This document shows positions 1-8,514 of a DNA stretch of 34,241 nucleotides, piece by piece. Within the stretch, counting starts at the first letter, position 1, and the number at the start of each line of letters is the position of its first letter. This stretch comes from Niveispirillum sp. Its GTDB lineage: Bacteria; Pseudomonadota; Alphaproteobacteria; Azospirillales; Azospirillaceae. Where the stretch lies: contig JAEMSB010000001.1 of the NCBI GenBank assembly GCA_016463045.1, positions 1-34,241 of the forward strand, given 5' to 3'. The notes below the pieces were generated by a model. That model had not been told where the DNA came from. It searched no databases and saw only the letters and a list, made by a program, of their open reading frames with translations. A program made the position numbers and the translations under genes.

Positions 1-46
1 CAGAGACCAGACCGACATAGCCGGTGCCGATGACGGCGATGCGCAT
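1..46 (-). CDS. ugd: UDP-glucose 6-dehydrogenase, 5' end only (runs off the window start)
   Basis: Not in the ORF track. The reverse complement from ATG at 46 reads MRIAVIGTGYVGLVS, the typical Rossmann GxGxxG N-terminus of UDP-glucose/GDP-mannose dehydrogenases. An AGAGAGGA RBS lies just upstream (53-60, minus strand). Only 15 codons are visible. Confidence 0.8.
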   Translation of the reverse strand, partial: MRIAVIGTGYVGLVS

Positions 47-360
47 CGGAAATCCTCTCTACTCATTATACAGCGACAGCCAAGCTAGCTGCGATCCGTT
101 CACTACCATGACCGTGCATAGGGTGTGCAACGGCGAACTTGCCCATCTGTCTATAAATGGCGAAGAGCAGTGTCGGAGCCATCTCCACCCCCTTTTGCCC
201 TGGCAAGCAGTGGTGCAAAAGGGAAAATAAGGGAATGCCCAACTCAAATAATTATCTCCATTAACCTTCTGTTGTCAATTTGCGCTGGTTCTGTCAATTC
301 TATGCGGTGAAAAGCTTTGGTAGATAACGGCTGAACCCACGACAACAGGTAGCGGCAAGA

Positions 361-2877
361 ATGCGACTTGGAAAGTTGTTGAGTACCCAGTTGGGACATT
401 ATGTTTATTCTGACGGTCTTTTTATCGATCCGATATGGTATAGGACGGCCTATGATGTCGATGGTGACGCTCAGTTCCTATATAGGCATTTCCAGGAGAC
501 GGGCCGGGCTGATGGCCTGTCACCGCATGTGCCCATCAACAATGACTGGTACCTGATAAACTATCCCAGCGTCGCTGATGAACTGGTGAAGTTTGGGCTG
601 CACAATACATTCCAGCATTATCTGCGCGTCGGTGTGCAACGCCAGTACGCACCTGTTCCCTTGTTCGACGAGACTTGGTATCGCCAGACCTATCCCGACA
701 TCGCAGCTGCCATCAAGCAAGGCATGTTCTTCTCCGCTTATCAGCATTATGCCTTGCATGGTGCTCGGGAGGGACGTCTGCCAGGACCTGTATCGGGGCG
801 CAATGCTGCGGCTGCCTTCACACGCCCGCATTTACAGGTGGAGCCGCGATCATGGTTCGAGCGCAAGCTGGCGGTCGATCATGAGTACCGTTACCATGTG
901 ACACGCTGGTTCAGCCGTCCGCTATACCAGTCGGAACCTGATTGGAACGGTTTCAATGCTGCTGACTTTGCGGAGGAACCCTATCTGAGGGCTTTCCCCG
1001 ATCTTGCGGGTACCTTCTCCGCCGACACGTTCAGCAACGCTCGCGACCATTGGTGCCGGTGCGGATGGCGGGAGGATATCGAGGGCACAAGACCGCGTTT
1101 GCCGGGATACTCGGAAGTCCGCTATCTGGCGGCCAATGCAGATATTGCCGACAGCGTTGCTGCCGGTCGCCTGCCTTCGGGATATTTCCATTACCTCATG
1201 TGTGGTTGGAAGGAAGGCCGCCGGGGGGGCGTGCAAGCCCCAGCATTGTCACGGCGGACCATCGACTTGCTGGAGATCACCGAAGTTGTTCGGGATTTTG
1301 CAGATCGACCGCTGATCAGCGTTGTGATGCCCGTCTACAATACGCCGTTACCCCTGCTCCAGCAGGCTGTGACCTCGGTTCGGCGGCAATTATACGCGCA
1401 TTGGCAGTTATGCATCGTCGACGATGCCTCTGATGATCCGGTGATCTGGGAAGCCCTGTCCGCTTTTGCCAAAGAAGATTCGCGGATTGTCATCCGTCGC
1501 CTGCCGGAGAATAGCGGCATATCCGCCGCGACCAATGCGGCGCTTGAGATGGTTGCTGGTCAATGGATCGCCTTTCTGGACCATGACGACACCCTGACTA
1601 CTGATGCCTTGTACGAGGTGGCGCGAACCATCCTGACACATCCCGACATTGATGTGATCTACAGTGACGAGGACAAGATCACCGAGGATGGTCAACCGGC
1701 ATCGGTTGCCACGCGAAAGCCTGACTGGTCCCCGGACCTGTTGTTCAGCAACATGTATCTGGGCCACATGCTGGTTTATCGCGATACAATGCTGTCCCGG
1801 CTTGGCGGCTTGCGCGGTGATTATGACGGTGCCCAGGACTATGATCTGGCCCTGCGGGCCGCTCAGGCCGGTGCCCGTTTCCATCACCTGCGCAAGCCAC
1901 TTTACCATTGGCGGCAAAGTGCTGGTTCCACGGCCGCCGGGCTAACGGCGAAGCCGCTGGCGCTGGAGCGTCAGGCGCTTGCGCTCATGGATGCATTGAC
2001 GGTGGCCGGCCACCCGGCCAAGGTCGAACAGTCTTTTGCGCCCGGCAATTGGCGGATCAGCACGGTTCTGCCTGAACCTGGGCCCGGCTATTGCTTGGTG
2101 CTGACCGGTACGGGCCGTACCCGCCCTCTGTATGGCGAGGATTACCATCCGGTACTGAACGCGCTATCGAGTGTTATTCGGTCTCTTTCATTGGCTCAGC
2201 GCCACTTGATCCAGATCTGTATCCTGACCGAAGAAGCGCTGTCAGCAGATGCACGGCGGGAGCTAGTTTACATGCTGCCGACATTACCGACATTGCTGGT
2301 TGGTGAGCGCAGTGCATGGCCAACCATTATCAATCGGTTTGTCGCCGACATCTCGCAAACCTGCGTCCTTCTGATGGATGAAGGGATCGAGGCGCAAGTC
2401 CCCGACATCTTTACCAGCCTGTCAGCCTGGTTGTTCCGCAACGAAGTCGGCATTGTGGTGCCGCGACTCCTGTCCGAGCGTGGCTCCATTATCGCCAGTG
2501 GCGGATTTATGGCAGCGGATGGTGTGGTGGAGCCCCTGCAGGGCGAGCATCGGCTAGCGCCAGGCCCCCTGTCAGTGATGCAGGTGCCGCACAATGTGAC
2601 GGTGCCATCCCACCCCTGTGTGCTGATCCGGCGTGAACTGTTGAACCGCATCGGGGGACTTGCCACCACCCTGGATCTGCGTGATGCGGTTCAGGATGCT
2701 GGCATCCGTGCCATCATGGCCGGATATCGCATCATCGCCGACCCGGGTACGGAATGCCTTTATGTCCCGGCAGCGGCGGGGCAGCCGGATTCCGGTCTGC
2801 TCCGCCAGCGCTGGCCGGACTTCCAGGACCCCTACTATCCCGGTCAGGACTTTGGCGCCTGGAACGCGGAGCTGTAA
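361..2877 (+). CDS. Family 2 glycosyltransferase with five N-terminal ~40-aa repeats, one intact GT2 domain and a degenerate second GT2-like domain
   Basis: GT2 motifs ISVVMPVYN, CIVDDASDD, NSGISAATN, FLDHDD (DxD), YSDEDK and GAQDYDLALR. The C-terminal half follows the GT2 layout but its acidic motifs are altered (LLMDEGIE, DAVQDAGIRA). Confidence 0.92.
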   Translation: MRLGKLLSTQLGHYVYSDGLFIDPIWYRTAYDVDGDAQFLYRHFQETGRADGLSPHVPINNDWYLINYPSVADELVKFGLHNTFQHYLRVGVQRQYAPVPLFDETWYRQTYPDIAAAIKQGMFFSAYQHYALHGAREGRLPGPVSGRNAAAAFTRPHLQVEPRSWFERKLAVDHEYRYHVTRWFSRPLYQSEPDWNGFNAADFAEEPYLRAFPDLAGTFSADTFSNARDHWCRCGWREDIEGTRPRLPGYSEVRYLAANADIADSVAAGRLPSGYFHYLMCGWKEGRRGGVQAPALSRRTIDLLEITEVVRDFADRPLISVVMPVYNTPLPLLQQAVTSVRRQLYAHWQLCIVDDASDDPVIWEALSAFAKEDSRIVIRRLPENSGISAATNAALEMVAGQWIAFLDHDDTLTTDALYEVARTILTHPDIDVIYSDEDKITEDGQPASVATRKPDWSPDLLFSNMYLGHMLVYRDTMLSRLGGLRGDYDGAQDYDLALRAAQAGARFHHLRKPLYHWRQSAGSTAAGLTAKPLALERQALALMDALTVAGHPAKVEQSFAPGNWRISTVLPEPGPGYCLVLTGTGRTRPLYGEDYHPVLNALSSVIRSLSLAQRHLIQICILTEEALSADARRELVYMLPTLPTLLVGERSAWPTIINRFVADISQTCVLLMDEGIEAQVPDIFTSLSAWLFRNEVGIVVPRLLSERGSIIASGGFMAADGVVEPLQGEHRLAPGPLSVMQVPHNVTVPSHPCVLIRRELLNRIGGLATTLDLRDAVQDAGIRAIMAGYRIIADPGTECLYVPAAAGQPDSGLLRQRWPDFQDPYYPGQDFGAWNAEL
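421..1227 (+). repeat. Five intragenic ~40-aa repeats, FDE.xY...YPD[IV]A.....G...S...HY...G..EGR type
   Basis: Copies: FIDPIWYRTAYDV...RHFQETGRADGLSP; INNDWYLINYPSVA...QHYLRVGVQRQYAP; FDETWYRQTYPDIAAAIKQG...QHYALHGAREGRLP; FAEEPYLRAFPDLA...DHWCRCGWRED; YSEVRYLAANADIADSVAAG...FHYLMCGWKEGR. Confidence 0.85.
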
Positions 2878-4509
2878 TCAGCTCCGCGTGTACCATGTCC
2901 CCAGCAGATATAGCCGCCAGAGCAGGGTTTCCTGCTGATGGTTGCCATCATAATAGCTGTTGGCGAGTGTGATGGCCGCGTCCAGATCAATATGGCCAGC
3001 CATGTCCGTCTGCCGTGCAGAGGTCAGCCCCTGTATGATCTCATCTTTGCGACCGGCCATCAGGGTGCGGCGGGTGAAGAGCGGCTGCCCTGGCACGGAT
3101 AGGCGGTACTGCTCGCTCAAGCCGACTGGTAGCAGCCGGGACAGATAGTCGCGCAAGGACAGGTTGGCCGCCGCTGCCGCCTGCTTCGACGCCATGACCC
3201 AGGGTTCCAGCAGCTCACGCTGGCAGTAAGGGGCAGAGAGACTTGTGTCCGCCAGTCCCAGGATATGTGCCAGCGTCGGCAGAACACTTAACCCGATCGC
3301 GGCGTGGTCATCAGCCTTCGGCAGAGCCGTGCCGGGTTCCCAATGCAGGGACTGATTGCCATAAGGGAAAGAAGCAAGAGCAGAGCGCGTGCCAGGGTGG
3401 CGCAGCAGCCCTGAAAATGCCATGGGATCGATCAGATCGGCATTTACGCCTTCTCCCCAGAGGCTGCGCCCCCCGAGACCGGTCATCCATGTCCGGGCGC
3501 GGCCACCTGCGGCATGGATCGATACGGCCAGCAATGTGGCCGCCAGATTGTCGATCGGGCTTGTGGCACCCTTGGCGCCGAACTGCACGGCCGACGTGAA
3601 CAGATTGTCGGGTACCAACTCCAGAATCTTCAAGGGCAATCCCAGGCGGTCTGCCAGGGTTCCTGCTTGCGGATATTCGTTGATGGCTCCCAGTCCGAAG
3701 CAGACCAACTGCGGGCGGGCACCGGATTGCACCATTGCCGCAGTCAGCAGGGCACTATGCAAACCGCCGCCAGTCAGAAGGCTGCCATAGTCGGCCGCGT
3801 TGGGCAAAGCGGCGCACAGCCCTGCCAGACCGTTGGTATTCGCCACCTTGGCAGGGTTGTGGACAGGGGATGCCCGCCAATGAGAAGCAACACCCCTGCG
3901 CAGGACAAGAATGGTCCCAGGCTCCAGAGGGGCCGTGCCGTCATTGCTTCCCTTCAGCCGGCCAGCCGGCGGCACAAACCCGGTCGACAGGAATTGCACC
4001 AGGCCCATGGCAGACAAGTCATGGGCGGCACTGCCGGTTTTGGACAGCAACTCGGGCTGACTGGCAAAGGCCAGCGTGCCATCGCTGCTACGGACATGGA
4101 TGGGGCAGAGTGAACCTGGCGCATAGGCCAGGAGCGTATACTCACTCTCCCGATCCCAGAGTAGCAGCAGCTCGCCCGCCCGCAGCGTATCCACGATTTC
4201 CGTCTGTCCCCGCCCCTGCTGGTAGTGATGCAGGATCGTGGTGGCGCGCTCCTTCGCCTCTGCCGGGTTGCTTGAAAAGCGATAGACGACAGCACCGGCG
4301 TTCGCCTCTGTGCTGATTGCCTGCACCCGTTCCAGCCGGCCCCCCTGATGGGCGACGGCAATGGAGCCATGATCCAGCAATTCAAAGTCGAAACCGGGCA
4401 ATTTCTGGGACTGGGCGCGATGAGCAGCAGCAGTAACAACCGCCCGCGCCCGATCGGCATTGCTGGCACCCGGAAGAAGAACGGAGCCGGCGACGAAGGA
4501 GGATGACAT
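2878..4509 (-). CDS. Asparagine synthetase (AsnB)-like protein, catalytically degenerate
   Basis: Colinear by eye with the intact AsnB at 14168-16021: LLLWDRESEYTLLA ~ FALYDHKDRSLVIA; LAFASQPELL ~ FAFASELQAL; LEPG ~ LPPG; LLTGGGLHSALL ~ FLSGGVDSTLV; MTGLGGRSLWG ~ LSGDGGDELFG; LWRLYLLGTW ~ IWLLFILESW. There is no N-terminal catalytic Cys. Start taken as the ATG at 4509; the track's 4563 is also possible. Its stop abuts the stop of the convergent GT2 with no gap. Confidence 0.75.
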   Translation of the reverse strand: MSSSFVAGSVLLPGASNADRARAVVTAAAHRAQSQKLPGFDFELLDHGSIAVAHQGGRLERVQAISTEANAGAVVYRFSSNPAEAKERATTILHHYQQGRGQTEIVDTLRAGELLLLWDRESEYTLLAYAPGSLCPIHVRSSDGTLAFASQPELLSKTGSAAHDLSAMGLVQFLSTGFVPPAGRLKGSNDGTAPLEPGTILVLRRGVASHWRASPVHNPAKVANTNGLAGLCAALPNAADYGSLLTGGGLHSALLTAAMVQSGARPQLVCFGLGAINEYPQAGTLADRLGLPLKILELVPDNLFTSAVQFGAKGATSPIDNLAATLLAVSIHAAGGRARTWMTGLGGRSLWGEGVNADLIDPMAFSGLLRHPGTRSALASFPYGNQSLHWEPGTALPKADDHAAIGLSVLPTLAHILGLADTSLSAPYCQRELLEPWVMASKQAAAAANLSLRDYLSRLLPVGLSEQYRLSVPGQPLFTRRTLMAGRKDEIIQGLTSARQTDMAGHIDLDAAITLANSYYDGNHQQETLLWRLYLLGTWYTRS

Positions 4510-4646
4510 GACCACCATTCGGCATCTGGGAAAGAGGAGACAGAACAACACCATATCAGGCACAACCGGCGAAACCTACGCATTTAAGCCGGGCAGGAAG
4601 ATGGTTCAGACCGATAGGGTCCGGCTCTGCACTCCTCCCCCGTTCA

Positions 4647-4865
4647 TCAAACCCGCGACCTGAAGGCGGCGATCTGTTCAGGGGTCAGGATCGTCTCCAG
4701 CGGGTAGCCCTCCGCCGAAACGGGTTCGGGCGGGCTTATGAATTCGCCCAGGGGCAGTCCGTCCGGCCCGGTCGTGATGTAACGATACTGAATATGGGCA
4801 CCAGAGAGGGTACCGTCGGTTCCCCAGCGGACCAGGAATTCATAAGGCAGTTTGTGTGTCTGCAT
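4647..4865 (-). CDS. Small hypothetical protein (72 aa), resembling proteins encoded after phage tail-fibre genes
   Basis: ATG at 4865 with a GGAGAG RBS upstream; the protein reads MQTHKLPYEFLVRWGTDGTLSGAHIQYRYI...YPLETIL. The longer track ORF (to 5237) overlaps the upstream gene and is unlikely. Phage resemblance is from recall, not a search. Confidence 0.65.
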   Translation of the reverse strand: MQTHKLPYEFLVRWGTDGTLSGAHIQYRYITTGPDGLPLGEFISPPEPVSAEGYPLETILTPEQIAAFRSRV

Positions 4866-4906
4866 GTTTCTCTCCATCGATCGGGATGCTTGCTGATCCT
4901 GTGGGT

Positions 4907-5641
4907 TCAACTGACGACGCTGCCATCCTGGAAGCGCCATTGGCTGCCATCTGAAATGGCCAGATACCGGTTGGCGGAACCGTTGCTGACATGGACCAGT
5001 TGGCCTGCCACAGCGGCCGTTGGTAACGTGGCTACCGTATAGGCCCTCAGCACCAGATGTCGGGCGCTGTTCAGCACTTCGGCACCAGCCATCTTGAGTG
5101 GGCCGGTTTCCAGATTGACCGCGCCGGTCGCCTCCACCGTCAGACGGCGGGCCGTGGTGGTCGACCCTGTCGGTGTCGTCCACATCTCGAACTGCGTGCC
5201 GTTTGCCGAAGCCGTGAAGGTTTCCACCGCCCGGCACCAGAGCCCTGCCCGGTTGAAGGTTTCTCCAGCACCGGTATGTCCGCCAAACACAAACCGGCCC
5301 AATATGTCATTGGCCTGTGTGGCCGTTGGGGCGGCTAGCGTGCCGGCATACCGTTCCAGCATGATCTCCGGAAGTTGGCCCGCAGCCTTGACCCGGTGCG
5401 TGCCGCTGCTTTCAACCGTCAAGGTCCCGGCGATCACGGCTCCCTGGGGGGTGGCGGTCAGGCGGCTTGTCCCCCCGGCCGCCATGCCGATCTGGTTCGC
5501 GCCCGGACGGAACAGGCCGGTATCGGTGTCTGCCGTGAAGGTCAATGCTGGGATGGCCGCCGTGCCGTCGGGAAGAGGCAGCGGACCTGATGGGGGGCCA
5601 GCATCCCGGCTCCTGGAAGGGGGATAGGAGTATCCGGTCAT
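4907..5641 (-). CDS. Phage tail-fibre-like protein (~244 aa)
   Basis: ATG at 5641 with a GAGGTG RBS. It has three segments of the kind seen in phage fibre/shaft proteins: DGTAAIPALTFTADTDTGLFRPGANQIG, GTLAAPTATQANDILGRFVFGG...TTPTGSTTTARRLTVEATG, and C-terminal YTVATLPTA..GQLVHVSNG...AISDGSQWR. Rich in Gly/Thr/Ala. Confidence 0.65.
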   Translation of the reverse strand: MTGYSYPPSRSRDAGPPSGPLPLPDGTAAIPALTFTADTDTGLFRPGANQIGMAAGGTSRLTATPQGAVIAGTLTVESSGTHRVKAAGQLPEIMLERYAGTLAAPTATQANDILGRFVFGGHTGAGETFNRAGLWCRAVETFTASANGTQFEMWTTPTGSTTTARRLTVEATGAVNLETGPLKMAGAEVLNSARHLVLRAYTVATLPTAAVAGQLVHVSNGSANRYLAISDGSQWRFQDGSVVS

Positions 5642-5649
5642 CGTCCACC

Positions 5650-5973
5650 TCATCCATAGAAGCAGATTGCGATATGCCCTGCCGCTGCCGATATGACGGA
5701 CAGCGTGCTGCCGCCGGTGATCTGCCGCCCGATCGGATTCAGTTCCGGGGCAGAGCCATCGATGATGGCCACCGTCGGGATAACGGCTGCGGCACCGCCA
5801 TACTGCACCCAGAAATCGACCGTGGCCGCCATGGTCATGGTCTGGGCCCAGGAAGGCACCGTCACCGTCACCGCCTCATTGGCATTGAGCGGGCGTGCGA
5901 ACCGCCAGGGCGATATGTTGGGAAGATGGGTCGGGGTGCCATAGGCATCCCGCTTAAGGACAAAGGAGTTCAT
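5650..5973 (-). CDS. Small beta-rich hypothetical protein (107 aa), phage-associated type
   Basis: ATG at 5973; its stop lies 8 nt before the next start, suggesting an operon. Motif LNANEAVTVTVPSWA...ATVDFWVQYG..A.IPT..I.DGSAPELNP..R......LSVIS.....I.FY. The track's start at 6018 lies inside a terminator hairpin. Confidence 0.7.
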   Translation of the reverse strand: MNSFVLKRDAYGTPTHLPNISPWRFARPLNANEAVTVTVPSWAQTMTMAATVDFWVQYGGAAAVIPTVAIIDGSAPELNPIGRQITGGSTLSVISAAAGHIAICFYG

Positions 5974-5987
5974 TCCGGCCTCGCAAC

Positions 5988-6022
5988 AAAAAAGGCCATG
6001 CCCGCTTGCTGCGGACATGGCC
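5988..6022 (-). terminator. Intrinsic terminator downstream of the 6082-7203 methyltransferase
   Basis: The minus-strand RNA reads GGCCAUGUCCGC-AGCAA-GCGGGCAUGGCC-UUUUUU: a 12-bp stem with one G-U pair followed by a U6 tract. Confidence 0.8.
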
Positions 6023-6081
6023 CTGGGATCTACAAGGCCAGCTTCAACGATAATGCACTCAATTGCAAGATATAATTCCTA

Positions 6082-7203
6082 TTAATCCGGAAGGCGCGTC
6101 AGGGTATATAGGACAGAGTTCTCATACAGGTCAACCGCGGAGCAGTTTGCATACTGACGGCTCAGGCCGCTATTCAGGACCAATTCACGATGCCGGTTGA
6201 TATAGCTTTCCATGTTGTATTCACGGACCTTCCGTTCGGCCACGCTGAAACCGCACCGATTGATCCAGTATTCCAGTTCGGAGGGCCGAAGCCTGTTGCC
6301 ACGCGCTGTGTCCTTGTTGACCAGCTTGGTCCGGTACTCAATATCGTCCAGCAGCATAAATCCCAGAGGGTCATCGAAATTCCGATGATCCCGGTAATCG
6401 ACACCATGGCGGGAATGGGACCAGGGTTTGGCACAATAGGCTAAATTCTCCATCACTCGCTGCGGATCGAAAATATGCTCCAGAACAGAATTTGAGAAGA
6501 TGAAGTCAAACTTGCTCTTGAAACGATGAACATCCATCTCCTCGCCTGTTGTTTGCAGCACCGTGATGTTCGGGGTTATCTCCCCTTCGCTGTGCAGAAT
6601 AGCTTCGATGATGGAGGGGTCAGGCAAGGTCAAGCCATGCCATGGCGCTTCCGCACGTAAGGTCTCATAGAATTGAGCGCTGAAATCAGAGCGCCAAACA
6701 ATCGGTTCGGGCTCGACGACAGTGACCTTGGCACCCATCGAGGCAAGGATCGCGGCGACACCCAGATATCTTGCGCCGATCTCCAAAACCTCTGGCTGAT
6801 GATCATGGCTGATACTAAAATGCGTTCGAAATTCTCTTAAATAACCAATTGTCACTGATAAGGTCTGCGCGACTGCATTGGCGACCAAATCAGATTTATG
6901 ATCCCCTTTTATGGTCGATTCGTCGATAAATATACTGTATTCTCGACCATTATTATTTGGGTTTGAATTATCGCTCGTAGAGAACCAGAGACCCTGCTGC
7001 CAGTGGCTGAAGGCGCCGCGGCCTTTCTGAGCGATGTCTTGGTGAAGGGCGTGCGCCGGCCCCAAAGGCTTTCCATCTTCTAGCAGCACCGTGTTTGATC
7101 GGTTCCCGACGGGTGAGTCCGCATAGAGGGCAAGGTCGAACACATTCTTTTGAAAGCAGTGGCCGTCATGGTGACGAAACGGAGCGGTCAGCTTTACTTC
7201 CAT
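6082..7203 (-). CDS. Class I SAM-dependent methyltransferase with an N-terminal copy of the ~90-aa repeated domain
   Basis: Methyltransferase motifs VLEIGA, GAKVTVVEP, FDFIFSNSVLEHI and HGVDYRDH. N-terminal domain LLEDGKPLGPAHALHQDIAQKGRGAFSHW...FSTSDNSNPNNNGREY. Confidence 0.85.
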   Translation of the reverse strand: MEVKLTAPFRHHDGHCFQKNVFDLALYADSPVGNRSNTVLLEDGKPLGPAHALHQDIAQKGRGAFSHWQQGLWFSTSDNSNPNNNGREYSIFIDESTIKGDHKSDLVANAVAQTLSVTIGYLREFRTHFSISHDHQPEVLEIGARYLGVAAILASMGAKVTVVEPEPIVWRSDFSAQFYETLRAEAPWHGLTLPDPSIIEAILHSEGEITPNITVLQTTGEEMDVHRFKSKFDFIFSNSVLEHIFDPQRVMENLAYCAKPWSHSRHGVDYRDHRNFDDPLGFMLLDDIEYRTKLVNKDTARGNRLRPSELEYWINRCGFSVAERKVREYNMESYINRHRELVLNSGLSRQYANCSAVDLYENSVLYTLTRLPD

Positions 7204-7394
7204 TGTGTCCCACCGTTAACTGCACAGAATAATTTCATACCCTGTTACAGGCCTGCGTGCCATTAGTCTACCGGTTACAACAAGGTCAGCTCGGCATGAT
7301 AGGGCCACCTGTATTCTGCCGGGATATTTGGGGATTGCCCCTGCCCACCTGAAGTGTCATCCATTAGGCATTAGCAATTCACCGGTCAGATCAG

Positions 7395-8504
7395 ATGTCA
7401 TTACCGTCAACCGAAAAGCCTGCTTCGATCGTGCTGAAGCCCCCATTCACCCATGATGCCGGGCAGTGCTGGCGAGTAGCAATCGACCCTACCTTGTTTA
7501 GTCTGACCGACGATGTTGGCTTTACCAGCCGTTCCACATTGACGTTAAGGGAAGATGACCAGCTTCTAGGGCCAGCCCACGCTTCGCATGGAGACATACG
7601 TCTACATGGTGGCGGGCGCTACTCGCACTGGCGGCATACGCTTTATTTTTCGGCACGCGATGGCAGCGATCCCAATGTGAATGGCCGCACTTATGAAGTG
7701 CGGGAATCGGCAGAAGAGCATTATCGGGAAAGAGCGCAGTATGCCATGCAGATCGTGGCGTTCTATGCGCGATATCTGACAGACGGCATGAAGGGCTTCA
7801 GAGATTTGCAGGTTCTGGAGGTCGGCCCTGGCATGTTTCTTGGCAGTGTCCTGGCCATGGCGTGTCTAGGCGCCAGAGTGACCGTTGTTGACCCCTTTCT
7901 TCCAGACTGGAAGCCCGACATCCATAGCATGATGGCTGCCAGCCTTGAGGTGGAGATGCGCAAGGCTGGCTGGGACTTTGACCCATCGCCGCTGCACAGG
8001 TCCGTCGCAGCCGGACAACTGGACCGCGAACGGGTACGGACATTCCGCCAATCCCTTGAGTCTATTGCTGTGGAGTTGGATGGTCAGATTGATTTGACCG
8101 TCTCCCACGCGACTTTTGAACATCTCTTCGATGTCAAGTCAGCCATGGCGGCGATGGTCAGAACCATGAAGCCAAATGGCAAGGGTATTCACCGTGTCGA
8201 TTACCGTGATCATGACAGCTTTGATCGGCCCTTGGAGTTTCTGCTCATGAGCCAACAGGCTTATGATCAATCCTGCGGCGACAACAAATATGGACGCGGC
8301 AATCGGATGAGAGCCGAAACGATGCGGAACATCCTCATCAATACAGGCTTGAGGCATGTGCAGTTTACCCCGGAAACACTGATAGAAGAGGGATATCTCA
8401 ATGATTTCCTCGCTCGTCTTCGAAGCAGACCGGACAGCACCTTCCATAGCGCGCCGGTCGATCATTTGAGGGTGCTGGGTGGGACCTTCATTGTTCAGAA
8501 GTAG
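7395..8504 (+). CDS. Class I SAM-dependent methyltransferase with an N-terminal copy of the ~90-aa repeated domain (paralogue of 6082-7203)
   Basis: Methyltransferase motifs VLEVGPG, GARVTVVDP, DLTVSHATFEHL, HRVDYRDH and RGNRMR. N-terminal domain LREDDQLLGPAHASHGDIRLHGGGRYSHW...FSARDGSDPNVNGRTY. Confidence 0.87.
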   Translation: MSLPSTEKPASIVLKPPFTHDAGQCWRVAIDPTLFSLTDDVGFTSRSTLTLREDDQLLGPAHASHGDIRLHGGGRYSHWRHTLYFSARDGSDPNVNGRTYEVRESAEEHYRERAQYAMQIVAFYARYLTDGMKGFRDLQVLEVGPGMFLGSVLAMACLGARVTVVDPFLPDWKPDIHSMMAASLEVEMRKAGWDFDPSPLHRSVAAGQLDRERVRTFRQSLESIAVELDGQIDLTVSHATFEHLFDVKSAMAAMVRTMKPNGKGIHRVDYRDHDSFDRPLEFLLMSQQAYDQSCGDNKYGRGNRMRAETMRNILINTGLRHVQFTPETLIEEGYLNDFLARLRSRPDSTFHSAPVDHLRVLGGTFIVQK

Positions 8505-8514
8505 CGCCATGGCT

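Noticed and set aside
190-223. Sigma-54 promoter (TGGCA...TGC) within the inverted repeat CCCTTTTGC/GCAAAAGGG
   Set aside because: The GG-to-GC spacing is 11 nt rather than the required 10. The 9-bp inverted repeat alone is too weak to assign.
4866-5237. N-terminal extension of ORF 4647-5237
   Set aside because: It overlaps the fibre-like gene in another frame; a good RBS and ATG at 4865 give a clean 72-aa gene.
4647-5973. Intact prophage, GTA or tailocin
   Set aside because: Only three small fibre-like or accessory genes. No integrase, terminase, capsid, sheath, baseplate, lysis genes or att repeats were seen.
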